The position numbers and the translations under genes were made by a program. A model generated the notes under the pieces. The model was not told where the DNA came from. It saw only the letters and a list, made by a program, of their open reading frames with translations, and did not search any database. From the NCBI GenBank assembly GCA_038087875.1, contig CM075987.1, positions 25,608,001 through 25,672,000 of the forward strand: a stretch of DNA of 64,000 bases. The letters run 5' to 3'. Below, in pieces: positions 47,793-59,888 of the stretch (within the stretch, counting starts at the first letter, position 1; each line of letters starts with the position of its first letter). The stretch comes from Malacoraja senta. Lineage: Eukaryota.

Positions 47793-48954
47793 TACCGTAA
47801 GGGAGCACCGAGCTGTTCAACTAAATGGTGTTGTGTGAACACTAGCTACACAAAATTATTGAGAGTTACAGTGACAAGAAAAGACATATTACTTACAAAG
47901 ATTTAGCTCAGTAAAGCACTCCTACCAATTTCTATTAATGCATGTACAAGGGGAACAGTAGATTTATTAAGGTTCTAACTCAAAGCAATATAAAAGTTGT
48001 GTCGCTGTGCAGACGATTTATAAGAAGAGAACATAAGAGAAATCATTTATATTTGGCAGCAAACATATTAAACCCTGATACATTTTTTTGGCTTATGTAA
48101 GTCCAATCAAGCAAGAAAAATAAGCATGGTTTATTGTGCTTTGCTGAGATTATTTCACAACTTCAGCTACAATTGCTTAATTGCCATGCACTTTAATTAA
48201 CTTTTTATTCGTACCTTCGATACTTCCTCCGATATTCCTCGATGTGTTCAGTCTTGCACATTGCCAGGAAACACCATTATGTCAAGTGGTCAAGGTCAAA
48301 TAGGTTTCATTCCCATCCAAGAGAAACACAAAACGGTGGTGCAGCGGTAGAGTTGCTGTCTTAAAAAAAAATTTTTTTTTTTAAATAAAAATGGAGTTGC
48401 TGTCTTACAGCACTGGTTCCACCCACTACGTGGCACCGTTCATGGCAGCCTCGCCAACAGCCTGTCTTGTCCCTATCTTCCTTTGTTGTTTTTAGTCTGT
48501 TTTTACTTGTATGTTTTAGTGTATCTGTAGTTTTTGTATCTCTTTATCTATCTCTTCCCACGACGGAGATGCAACTATTTCCGTATAGTATCTCCGTCCG
48601 CACTGCGGCCTTAACGTCATGGAGCTGGCGGTCCCTTGGTCAGGGATCGACTCTGGAAGCCCCAACCGCAGGAGGTTTGACCGACCCGATAGCGGGAGCC
48701 TCGACAGCCCCGATACAGGGGCTCCGACTGCCGACTGCGGGAGCTTCGATCGCCCCGAGTGCGGATGTTGCGATCGCCCAGACCGCGAAGGAGAAAAGGA
48801 GGAAAGAAGATATACGTTCTTTGCCTTCCATCACAGTGGGGAATGTGAGGTCGCCGAAAAGCAAGATGGACCTTGCTGCCTGCACTGGTGGGGACTCGGA
48901 GGGATTGCCGTGAATGCAGTGATCTCAGAGTTTGCGGGGACATCGCACCCTGAG

Positions 48955-50356
48955 TGTAAAGATGAGTCATAACGCACTGTTTCTTTACTACTGTTTATTC
49001 TTCATACACATACTTTACTGCCCTAGCTGTCCGTGGTCTGTCACTGGAAGCACAGAGAGAGAACTGGGTGGGAAGGTTGTATTTATACCAGTGATGTGGG
49101 GAGTGGTTAGTAGTGGTGAGGTCACTATGTTAAAGGTACATGCACATATCATGTACATCCTTCCCCTTGGAAATAATAAGCAATACCGAAGTGACAGGGC
49201 GACCACGTCTCATACGCTACGAGCAGGTGAGCAAACAGTTAAACAAATTCACCATAACGGATAGGTGGCCTGACCACCCGCCCGGACCGGGTACGGATTT
49301 CGCCATCCCCCCCCTTCTGCAGGCGGAGCATGAGCAGGTGCCGGCGCGGGGGAGAGAACCGGGGAACCGGGAGGAGAGCGAGAAAACGGAGAAGGAGCAG
49401 TAACGGGAAGACGGGCAGGCGAGGGAGGACTGGCCGGAGGGGCAGGCAGCATTGTCAACAGTGGGGGTGAAAAGGGATCCGCAGGCGGCGGTGGTGGCTC
49501 GTTAACAAGCCGCAGATGTTGCCAGGACCGGCGGTAGATGGTACCGTCATGGTCGACAAGGTAGGACCGCGGCGAACCAGCAGTACCGACGACGATGGCA
49601 AGCCTGGGGTGACCGGAGGGGGATTGCATTCGGACGACTTGGCCTGAGAGCAGAGGCGGGAGAGGACGACAAGACTTGTCGTGGGAGCGCCATTGGATTT
49701 CTTGTTTGAGGGCAATGCGCTCCTGGACGGCAGCGGGACGGAGGACAGAGGGAACGAGGGACCGCTGGGTCACCGGGATCGGAGGTCTTGTAGTGCGAGA
49801 CATCAGCCGTTGAGCTGGGGAGCCCAAGGCAGTGTCGCGGCAAATGTTTCGAAGATTGAGGAGGGCCAAGTATAAATCAGAATGGGACTGTCTACAATGT
49901 TCCAGCAAGTCTTTAGCACTGCGGACAGCGCGCTCTGCCAACCCGTTGCTTTGTGGGTACTCTGTAGTGTCGGAAGTTCCAACTGGCAGCGAAACTCCGA
50001 AATTCTGCGCTCGAGAACTGGCCGCCGTTGTCCAATTGAAGACTTGCCGGGGTGCCATGGGTTCCGAAGTGGCGGCGCAGCTTGCCGATAGCGGCCGAAG
50101 AGGTTAGGGAGTGCAGCTTGTCCATAAGGGTTCGAATCCCACTTCTGACACCATGTAAAGATGAGTCATAACGCACTGTTTCTTTACTACTGTTTATTCA
50201 TAATACACATATTTTTCTGCCCTAGCTGTCCGTGGTCTGTCACTGGAACTAGAGAGAGAGAACTGGGTGGGAAGGTTGTATTTATACCAGTGATGTGGGG
50301 AGTGGTTAGTAGTGGTGAGGTCACTATGTTAAAGGTACATGCACATACCATCTACA
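48955..50356 (-). mobile_element. Internally deleted Gypsy (Mag-like) LTR retrotransposon
   Basis: 203-bp LTRs at 48955-49157 and 50154-50356 (TG..CA, 9 differences by eye); CTGAG TSD; PBS TGGTGTCAGAAGTGGGATTCGAACCC; polypurine tract AAGGGGAAGGA. Confidence 0.95.
49249..50110 (-). pseudogene. Gypsy integrase core/C-terminal remnant, frameshifted
   Basis: KLRRHFGTHGTP..DNGGQFSSAEF..W then YPQSNGLAERAVRSAK...LALLNLRN...GSPAQRLMSR; two of the DDE residues visible. Confidence 0.85.
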
Positions 50357-50671
50357 CTGAGAACATCCTGGAGTCTGGTGCGAGTGTGAATGGCTTTCTG
50401 ACTGTTCGGGCGGGCAGGGACTGCGGAGAGAGTGACAGCGATCGGTACAACTAGGGTCACATCACGGTGTGTGTGGCCCAAACATTGGCTTATGCTGTGT
50501 GCCCTGAGGATTCTCACGTGCCGCTGAGGTGGCTGTTCATGTTTAATCTTTATGTGGTTATGTATCTTGTTGCTTTTTTTTCCAATCACTATATGGTAAA
50601 TCAAATTTCACTGGACCTCGGTACACGTGACAATAAAGGACCATTGAACCATGAACTATTGATCCATTGAT

Positions 50672-50920
50672 TCCGACTTCGGGTGCTGTCTGTACGGAGT
50701 TTGTTCGTTCTCCCCGTGACCTGCGTGGGTTTCCTCCGAGATCTTCGGTTTCCTTCCACACTCCAAAGACGTGCAGGTCTGTAGGTTAATTGGCTCTCTA
50801 CAAGTGTAAATTGTCCATAGCATGTGTAGGATAGCGCTAATGTGCGGGGATCGCTGGTCGGCGTGGGCGCGTTGGGCCGAGCGGCCTGTTTCCGCTCTGT
50901 ATCTCTAAACTAAACTGAAA
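50672..50920 (+). mobile_element. HE1-like V-SINE, 5' truncated
   Basis: V-domain and tail. Confidence 0.8.
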
Positions 50921-52264
50921 CTTAACTGTGAAATGCCGAACTATGAAGACCGTCAACACGAAGGAACGCCTGCGAACAAGTGTACCCGCTGAAAGTCTCT
51001 TCTGCCTGAAGCAGGATGTATCTGTAAAAGGTCAACCGATGGGTGTGAGTTTTTTTTGGGGAGAAATTAGAAAACTTGACAACACATTTCAGCAAAGCAG
51101 CGGAAGAAATTTTGACACCTATGACAGATGGGCAACATTTTGGGAAAAATAATCGCATCCTAATCCAGTCATGTTTAATACCTTGCGCATATCTTCTGTG
51201 GCTGCCTGTGGCTTCAGGCAGTTCTATCACCTAAATGGTTTTATCTGTATTTACCACATTATCTGTATAAGCAGCTGTCAGAGTACTGGGAGAGAGAGCG
51301 ATGTTCAATTTTTGTTCGTCTAAATGCAATTTGAATGCGGTGATGAAAATGACCTATCCCGCAGTGGAGAATGACAAAACAGAAGTAATTTCTCCCTTAG
51401 CTTGATGTTTAATTCATTTGACAGGAGGAAAGTATCGATGAATGTTATCTGACTACTGTTTAAATCCTGCAGCATCCTAGCAGTGTATTTTTACAGAACA
51501 CATTTTTTTCTTCTTCCTCTCCTCCTTCAGTTGCTCCGTGCGTGTTGCAGGAGGGCAGAACTTAGGTGTCCATGTCCGACGTTAGAGTAGAAACACGATT
51601 CTGGCATCCATTGGGGCAAAACATGCCTTTGGATTGTCACAGCAACGCAGCCTCTGACGGCTAACTCCCGAAGACAGACACAAAATGCTGGAGTAACTCA
51701 GCGGGACGGGCGGCCTCTCTGGAGAGAAGGAACGGGTGACATTTCGGGTCGAGACCCTTCTTCAGACTGGTTAGGGATAAGGGAAATGAGAGAGATAGAT
51801 GGTGATTTGGAGAGATAAAGAACAATGAATGAAAGATATGCAAAAAAGTAACTTACAGAATAAGAATATTTCCTGGTGCATAAATGTCCTGAGGCATTGT
51901 ATCAGCTCCATTAGATCTATACTTTGCAGAATCAGAATCAAACTGTTCCAACCTGTTATGAGCATTACCATTAATTGCTCTTCCTCGTGCTTTTACTCCC
52001 TCCCTGTTTAATTATAGATGTTTCCGCAGAGATACCATTACATTTCCTTCTTACTCTGATGGTCTGCACATTCAAAGTGCTTTGTCAAATATGATATTGT
52101 AAAGCATTGACTCAAAAAACAAAATATTAAGTTTACAGAGGCAAAAGTCTGTCAGAGGCATCGACACAAGACAAATAGTAGAGAGAGATGAGTAGGAAGG
52201 AACTGCAGATGCTGCTTCACACTGGAGATAGACACAAAGTGCTGGAGTAACTCAGCGGGACAGG

Positions 52265-52856
52265 TAGAAACATAGAAACATAGAAAATAGGTGCAGGAGT
52301 AGGCCATTCGGCCCTTCGAGCCTGCACCGCCTTTCAATATGATCATGGCTGATCATCCAACTCAGTATCCTGTACCTGCCTTCTCTCCATACCCCCTGAT
52401 CCCTTTAGCCACAAGGGCCACATCTAACTCCCTCTTAAATATAGCCAATGAACTGGCCTCAACTACCTTCTGTGGCAGAGAGTTCCAGAGATTCACCACT
52501 CTCTGTGTAAAAAATGTTTTTCTCATCTCGTCCTAAAGGATTTACCCTTAAACCTTAAACTGTGACCCCTTGTCCTGGACTTCCCCAACATCGGGAACAA
52601 TCTTCCTGCATCTAGCCTGTCCAACCCCTTAAGAAATTTGTAAGTTTCTATAAGATCCCCCCTCAATCTTCTAAATTCTAGCGAGTACAAGCCGAGTCTA
52701 TCCAGTCTTTCTTCATATGAAAGTCTGACATCCCAGGAATCAGTCTGGTGAACCTTCTCTGCACTCCCTCTATGGCAAGAATGTCTTTCTCAGATTTGGA
52801 GACCAAAACTGTACGCAATACTCCAGGTGTGGTCTCACCAAGACCCTGTACAACTG
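52265..52856 (-). mobile_element. CR1 LINE 3' fragment nested in a Penelope module
   Basis: Same subfamily as 13041-13670 with small deletions; host module at 52190-52263 and 52856-52910. Confidence 0.9.
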
Positions 52857-53089
52857 CATCTGTGGAGAGAAGGAATGGGTGACGTTTCGGTCCGAGGCCC
52901 TTCTTTAGACGTAGAGAGAGAATTTGATTGGCATGTGTACCAGGAGTGGAACAATGCAATTCTTACTTGCTGAAGCCTAACTGGCCCATTAAATGCAACA
53001 ACACAAATAAATATATAATTATTATTAATACAACAAATAAATTACATTGATAATAGGTAATGTATAGCACTGGATCACTGAGTTAATTC

Positions 53090-53430
53090 AGTTTGTTATT
53101 GTCATATGTATCGAGGTACAGTGAAACGCTTCTTGTTACTACATGCTATCAGTCAGCGGAAAGACAATACATGATAACAAGCAGGCCATCCACAGTGTAC
53201 AGATACAGGAGAAAGGGAATAGGCTTGTGCCAGATAAAGTCCAATCAAAGATAGTCCAAAGGCATCCAATGAGGTAGATGGTAGGTCAGGTCTGCTCTCT
53301 AGCTGGTGGTAGGATGGTTCAGTTGCCTGATAACTAAAAGCTGGGAAGAACTGTCCCTGAATCTGGAGGTGTGCGTTTTCACACATTATATTCCTCTTGG
53401 CCTGATGTGAGAGGGGAGTAGAGGGATTTG
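53090..53430 (-). mobile_element. Rex1-like LINE 3' end
   Basis: Matches the 29885-30360 family. Confidence 0.7.
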
Positions 53431-53609
53431 CCGTAACAACCAGCAGTCAAATCCACTGACTGCAATGTAATTGAGTATTGTGTGCTGTTTACAACACTGA
53501 TGCCTTGAATACAAAGTCAATTCAACCCAAGTCATAGTTCGCTGAAATTATATGTGTTTCAGTAAACGTAAAAACATTATATCAGTAACTGCTCCCCTTC
53601 TACATAAAA

Positions 53610-54222
53610 GGGCGGCACGGTGGTGCAGCGGTAGACTTGCTGCCTTGTGGGCCTGTCCCACTTAGGCGATTTTTTAGACAACTACAGGCGACTAGTTTGT
53701 CGCCACATGTTCGCCGGTGGTCGCCGGGAGTCGTCTCCTCAGTCGCGCAAAAAGTCGTAACGTCTTTCTGGTCGCCGCTAAATTTTCAACATGTTGAACA
53801 TTTTCGGCGACAGTGGGTTTGACGCAATGAGCGCAGCTTGACTTCTCCTGACGTAGGTGCTGTCGTAGGTTGTCGCCGGTTTTTCGGTGACCTGCTACGA
53901 CTATGACAGTCGCCGGCAGTTGGCGGAATAACGCCAAGTGGGACAGGGCCCGTTACAGCACCAGAGACCTGGGTTCGATCCTGACAATGGGTGCTGTGCG
54001 TACGGAGTTTGCACGTTCTCCCCGTGACCTGCGTGGGATTTCTCCGGAGCTTCAGTTTCCTCCCACACTCCAAAGACGTGCAGGTCTGTAGTTTAATTGA
54101 CTTCTGGTTCCAAATTGTAATTGTCCCTCGTGTGTGCTTGTACAACAGGGGATCGCTGTTCGGCGCGCGACTCGGTGGGCAGAAGGGCCTGTTTCCGCGC
54201 TGTGTCTTTAAACTAAACTAAA
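53610..54222 (+). mobile_element. HE1-like V-SINE split by a MITE
   Basis: Head to 53647; resumes TTACAGCACCAGAG at 53953. Confidence 0.85.
53648..53952. mobile_element. PIF/Harbinger-type MITE
   Basis: TGGGCCTGTCCCACTT...AAGTGGGACAGGGCCCG; flanks TTG/TTA (degenerate TSD). Confidence 0.8.
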
Positions 54223-54669
54223 AGGGGATCGCAATGCATGACAACACACTTGATTGCCAGCTTCAATTGGGATGGTTTTCCAGCACTATTGAGTGTGTTG
54301 TCTGAAGTGAATTTCTACTTTGATTATCGTCGCTTTCAGAAGTCGCATAGTGCTGCTTTTGTGCTTAGAAGTTCTCTTGTTTTACTTGAAACTTTGAACA
54401 GCTATAATTGACAAGCTGAACACAATTACAAAAGGAGTCATTTGCTGCTTGTAACGATCTCCCTGCGTCCTGGACACCACTTGATTAGCTCGAAGAATTG
54501 CAAGCATCAAAAACTAATTAAGTTAATTAATCCTCTCAAAGTTCCCTCAAATTTTGCTATCTGCGACTCATCAAAATTCCAGCAGAGCCATTGAGAGCAG
54601 AACTGCGGCAAATCCACCACTTGGGAACCCGCGTATGTTTTATCTTGCAGTTAATGGGCTGATAGTCCT

Positions 54670-55185
54670 AGAGTCATACAGCGTGGAAACAGCCCTTCGG
54701 CCCAACTTGCTCGCACTGACCACCTATCTCCACTAGCCCCACTTGCCTCCGTTTGCCCCATATCCCTCTAAACCTGTCAATAGACAATAGGTGCAGGAGG
54801 AGGCCATTCGGCCCTTCGAGCCAGCAACGCCATTCAATGTGATCAGGGCTGATCATCCCCAATCAGTACCCCCGTTCCTGCCTTCTCCCCATATCCCCTG
54901 ACTCGGCTATCTTAAAGAGCCCTATCTAGCTCTCTCTTGAAAGTATCCAGAGAACTGCCTCCACCGCCCTCTGAGGCAGGAGAATTCCACAGACTCACAA
55001 TTCTCTGTGTGAAAAAGTCCCATTCATGGACCTGTCAAAATGTTCCTTAAACGTTGTGATAATTCCTGCCTCAAGTACCACCTCTGGCAGCTCGTTCCAT
55101 ACACCCACGTAAGAAAGTTACCCTTCAGATTCCTATTAAATCTTTTCCCCCCTTCACCTTAAACCGATGTCATCTGGTCTCGATT
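54670..55185 (-). mobile_element. Nested CR1 3' ends
   Basis: One CR1 tail (54778-55017) inside another. Confidence 0.75.
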
Positions 55186-55239
55186 CAGTCCTGCAATATC
55201 AACAGTGAAATCCAAAGGCAAGTTGCCGACATACAGTTA

Positions 55240-55691
55240 AGGGCCTGTCCCACTTAATTCAAAATCTCTGTTGAGTTTAAGGACCTAAAAAAATCAAGAT
55301 CGTGGTAATCTACAAACTCCTACGACCTTCCATGACTATGTTCACTAACTCCTACGAGTATAATAATAATAATAATAATAGATTTTATTTATAGAGCGCT
55401 TTTCAGGACTCAAAGTCGCTTGTCTACGAATTCCCACAACTATTTCGATGCCCTCCTTACGAGTAAAAAATTTCTTTCATCCCAACCATTTTTTTAACTC
55501 GTGGACATTTTATATCGGGCTGGAAAAACGTCCCGACTTGCCTGATGCCACGAGTACCTACGGCCGGCGTAACGAGCCACTACAATATATCTACGGCCTC
55601 CTACGGACTTGTTACGAACATTCTGCGAGTTTGAATCAAGGGAAAAACTCGGGAGAATTCGCGAATTACCTCGTGAAAGTGGGACAGGGGT
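55240..55691. mobile_element. PIF/Harbinger-type MITE containing an L2-type tail insertion
   Basis: TTA-AGGGCCTGTCCCACTT ... AAGTGGGACAGGGGT-TTA; internal similarity to the 34657 MITE. Confidence 0.8.
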
Positions 55692-56447
55692 TTATCTGCT
55701 TCTGTCACTCAGCCCGTGGTGTACGTTGCCTGGGTGGGGGGATCAGGATGGAGCTGAGGTGTGGTTGTGGCGAGGGTTCAGTGGATTTAAAAGATTGGTG
55801 GCACGCTGGCACATCGGTATCAGAGCAACACCCCTAGTCGGGATCGAACACGAGTCTCCGCCGCTGTGATGCAGCAATTCTACCGCTGCGCCACTGTGCC
55901 GCCCAAGAAGAGGAGTACGTGCAAGGAGTACGTGACCCGGTGCTGAGGCCCCGACGATCACTTGCAAACCTTGCCTTTGATTCAGCGACTGATTAGCGGA
56001 ATGGCCACCTGCTCACATCTCCGATTCATCGTACCAGCACGGCGACGCAGCGGTAGAGCTGCTGCCAGCCTTACAGCGCCAGAGACCAGCGTTCGATGCC
56101 CGAGTCCAGGCGCTGTCTGCGCGGAGTTTGTACTTTCTCCCCGTGACTGCAGCACAGTTGTACAACTGGTAGAGTTGCTGCAGTTTCAGCAACATAGGTT
56201 CAATCCTGACTTCTGGAACTGTAGTTTTAGTTTATTTTTGTTTATTATTGTCACGGGCACCAAGGTACAGTGACAAGCTTTTATTTGGATGCTATCCAGT
56301 CAAAGAAAAGTCAATGCAAGCTCGCAATCAAGCAGTCCACAGATAAATGATAAACGGTAGAATTAATGCAAGATAAAGTCCTATTACTTGTGTGCTGTAC
56401 TTGTTCTACCATACTGTGGTTGCAAGTGTCATTTTCTACGCTGTTGT

Positions 56448-57229
56448 ATCAACATCAGTGCTAAAAACAGCAAGAAGTTGGACAAGCTGGTAAAACGAGC
56501 TAGCTCAGTGCTAGGGGGGGGGGGAAGAGTGGACTCTGTGGTGGATGTGCTTGAGAGGCATATGAGCAGCAAGGTGTGGGCCACCCTCGACAACTCCGGG
56601 CACCCCCTCCATGAAATTCTGGAGAGTCAAAAGAGCACACGGAACAACAACCGGCTCCTCTCCCTGTGCTGTAGAACGGAGCGGTTCAGCAGATCCTTCA
56701 TCCCTGCAGCCATTTGACTTTATACTACTGACCGCTAGGCTGTATGGGGAATGCTTTTGCATTTTTCAATAGTTGATTATTGGGTCTTTTTAAGTATTTA
56801 GTGCTATCAGGTATTGTCCATATTGTATTTTATGTATTTTTTTGTCTGCTTTCGTTCTTTAAGGATAAGGGGGAAGTCTTTTAGGACCGAGATGAGAAAA
56901 ACATTTTTCACACAGAGAGTGGTGAATCTGTGGAACTCTCTGCCACAGAGGGTAGTTGAGGCCAGTTCATTGGCTATATTGAAGAGGGAGTTAGATGTGG
57001 CCCTTGTGGCTATGGAGAGAAGGCAGGTACAGGATACTGAGTTGGATGATCAGCCATGGTCATATTGAATGGCGGTGCAGGCTCAAAGGGCCGAATGGCC
57101 TACTCCTGCACCTATTTTCTATGTTTCTATGTTTCTATGTTCTGAATGTGTGGGTTTGTTGGTTGGTTGCTCTGGACATTTGAATTTCCCTGAGGGGATC
57201 AATAAAGTATTATTATTATTATTATTATT
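56448..57229 (+). mobile_element. Rex1-like LINE 3' fragment with nested CR1 (56858-57140)
   Basis: KKLDKLVKRASSVLG...HPLHEIL...CRTERFSRSFIPAAI*; tail AATTTCCCTGAGGGGATCAATAAAG(TAT)n. Confidence 0.8.
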
Positions 57230-57624
57230 AAAGATAGTTCACAGGTCTCCAATGAGGTGGGTGGGTGGGTGGTCAGCACTGCACTTGAGCTGGTGAGAGG
57301 ACAGTTTAGTTGCCTGATAACAGCTGGCAACAGCTGTCCCTGAATCTGGGGGTGTGCCTTTACAAACTTCTGTACCTCTTGCCTGACTGTATGAAGTTGG
57401 CACTTCTCCCCGGGTCTGCGCGCGTTTACCCCAGGTGCTCCAGTTACCTCCCACATCCCGAAAGAGATGCAGGCTTGCAGGCCAATTTGCTTCTATAAAT
57501 TTTTCTAGCGTTGGTTGAGGTGATTGGAACAACAGAGAAAATATTCAATGTAATGTGTGTAAGACTTTGTGTCAGTGGATGCTTGATGATCAGAATGGAC
57601 TAGATGGGCTGAACGGCCTGTTTC

Positions 57625-58623
57625 TTCTTCCTTCTTCTTCTTCTTTCTTTTTCTTCATCTGTCGTTTGTCTTTTAGACCTGCAGCTCCGTTGAGGCGAGC
57701 CAGGCCAACGTGTCATCGTCCAGGTCAATCTGACCTCTTTCACCATCCGGTGGCCGGTGTTTGGGGCAACTGGTGACTATGTGTGTGCTCCACTGTCTGT
57801 GTTGGGTCCCCACACTCGCAGGAGGCACTCGCTGTCCACGAGGCCCCACCTCTTCATCGCTACTCCATAGCGTCCGACGCCTGTCCTCAAGCGGTTGAGG
57901 GTTGTCCACTGCCTTCAGGGAAGGTCCTGGCCAGGGACGTCCATGGGGTCATCGATGTAATGGTGTAGCCTAGATGGTTCTGCTGGCTTCCACTGGTCTC
58001 TCCATCTCGTCTTGACCCAGGCGGCCTTAGAAGCGTCAGCCGGTGTTGTGCAGAGCAGCTCTTGGGCTTGCGTGGCAAAGGGGTGCCGTGACTTGAGGCG
58101 CACTCGTCGTGGTGTCTCTGTGACGATCTGATGGAGGAGGTGGGATTCACTGATCTGTGCCTTTCGAGAGAGGGCCAGCGTGGCTGCTTCTCGTCTGATG
58201 TTGGCTGGGACGATGCCAGCGAGGACAGGCAGCTGGTTTACTGGGGTGGCTCGTAGGCATCCGGAGACAGTCCGCAGGGCGCTGTTGAGGGCAGCATCCA
58301 GCTTCTTGGCGTGAGGGCCACGGCACTAGACTTGGCGGCTGAGAACACCAGGGCCACTGTGGACATGCGCAGTGTCTTCGTCGTGGCTCCCCATGTGGTG
58401 GCGGCTAGGCGGCGAATCAGTGCGGCACGGGCGCTTGTCTTTGCCTTGGCACCTTCCAGGAGTTGTTTCAATGACAACGTTCTGTCGAGCTTCACACCGA
58501 GGTACGTGGGGACGGGCTGGGACCGTAACCGGGCGTTATCCACCATGACGTTCATCTCGCGGGACGCTTCCCTGTTGTTGAGGTGGAACATTGAAGATGT
58601 TGTCTTACCCATGCTGAGCTTGA
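57625..58623 (-). mobile_element. Vingi/Ingi-like LINE 3' fragment
   Basis: YLGVKLDRTL, RRLAATTWGATTKTLRMSTVALVFSAA, terminal CECG...H..C knuckle, no RNase H seen, (GAA)n tail; GGCCTGTTTC duplicated at 57615 and 58624. Confidence 0.7.
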
Positions 58624-58769
58624 GGCCTGTTTCCGTGCTGCACAAATCTATCACTCTCTAATTTTCGGGAAATCACAGGTAAATCCTGCAAGGAATTCAA
58701 GAAAAACGTCTTTCCTGCACAGATTTGGCCAGACCAGTAGTATATGGAACATGTACAAGGAATTTGAAT

Positions 58770-59132
58770 ACTTATTTCTCTAACTTCAAGTAACCCTTGC
58801 TTTCCCTCTCTCTCTGTCGCTCCACCAACCACTATAGTTTTCGGACTAGTTTCACTGTCCACCTGATTAATATTACTGATTGTATTCCTCCTTGTCACCT
58901 TCCGTTCAGTTAACAACGAACCATTCTACATTTCCATTGATCATCATCTGCTTTGATCTGTTGTTTTCACACCTCACATCCTCTGTGTGCCCATCCATAT
59001 CTCCAGTTTCCCTCTCCCCTGACTCTCAGACTTGAAGAAGGGTCTCGATCCCGAAATGTCGCCCATTGCTTCTCTCCAGAGATTCTGCCTGTCCTGCTGA
59101 GTTACTCCAGTATTTTGTGTCTATCTTCGGTG
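58770..59132 (+). mobile_element. Penelope-like 3' UTR and terminal module
   Basis: Homologous to 8900-9230. Confidence 0.75.
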
Positions 59133-59228
59133 TATGGATCACGGTGGAGCTGAGGAGAAACATGCGTCTCCAGGGGGAAAATGGAAGATCAAGACTTATT
59201 GAATTGAATGACGTTTACATTTTTCTTT

Positions 59229-59722
59229 ATTGTATCTGGTTTGGGAACTGCTCTGCCCGGGACAAGAAGGCTCTGCAGAGAGTAGTGCGTTCGGCCGAAC
59301 GCACTATGGGAACTACACTCGCCCCCCTGCAGGAACTATACATCAGAAGGTGCAGATCCAGAGGCAGCAACATTATGGGGGACCCCTTCCACCCCAGCAA
59401 CGGACTGTTCCAGCTGCTACGGTCAGGCAAACACCTCCGTTGCCATGCTGTGAAAACAGAGAGGATGAGACGGAGTTTCTTCCCAGAGGCCATTACGACT
59501 GTAAACTCCTATTTCACCAGGGACTAACTTTACTGGACCAAACTACCATTGTGTTGTGTCTTTTTTAAATTGCTGCTTTTTTCTTCTCACCAATATGTAA
59601 ATACTGATTCTGTTCTATTCTGATTTGTAGTTTTTTGCACAATCCGCGAGCATTGCCACTTTTCATTTCACTGCACATCTCGTATGCGTATGTGACAAAT
59701 AAACTTGACTTGACTTGATTTG
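59229..59722 (+). mobile_element. Rex1-like LINE 3' fragment
   Basis: WFGNCSARDKKALQRVVRSAER...HPSNGLFQLLRSGK...SFFPEAI; tail GACAAATAA(ACTTG)n. Confidence 0.85.
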
Positions 59723-59888
59723 ATATTTCTTCTGTCTTAATTTCACTTTGTTTGGTTGAGAGACACTGCATGGAAGCAGGGCCTACGACCCAACGAGTCC
59801 ACGCTGACCAACGATCACCCACACGCTAGTTCTATGTTATTCTAGTTTTGTACCCTACACACTAGGGGGGCAATTTACAGAAGACTAT

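Larger units (their letters stand above)
48428..50660 (+). mobile_element. Non-autonomous Rex1-like element interrupted by an LTR element
   Basis: GC-rich leader, then LPSITVGNVRSPKSKMD (endonuclease N-terminus-like); continues after 50357 and ends GTACACGTGACAATAAAG. Confidence 0.55.

Noticed and set aside
50128..50153. tRNA-Leu gene
   Set aside because: Only the 3' 26 nt with encoded CCA, adjacent to an LTR: a primer-binding site.
50928..51152. 74-aa ORF in unique sequence
   Set aside because: No recognisable motif or splice support.
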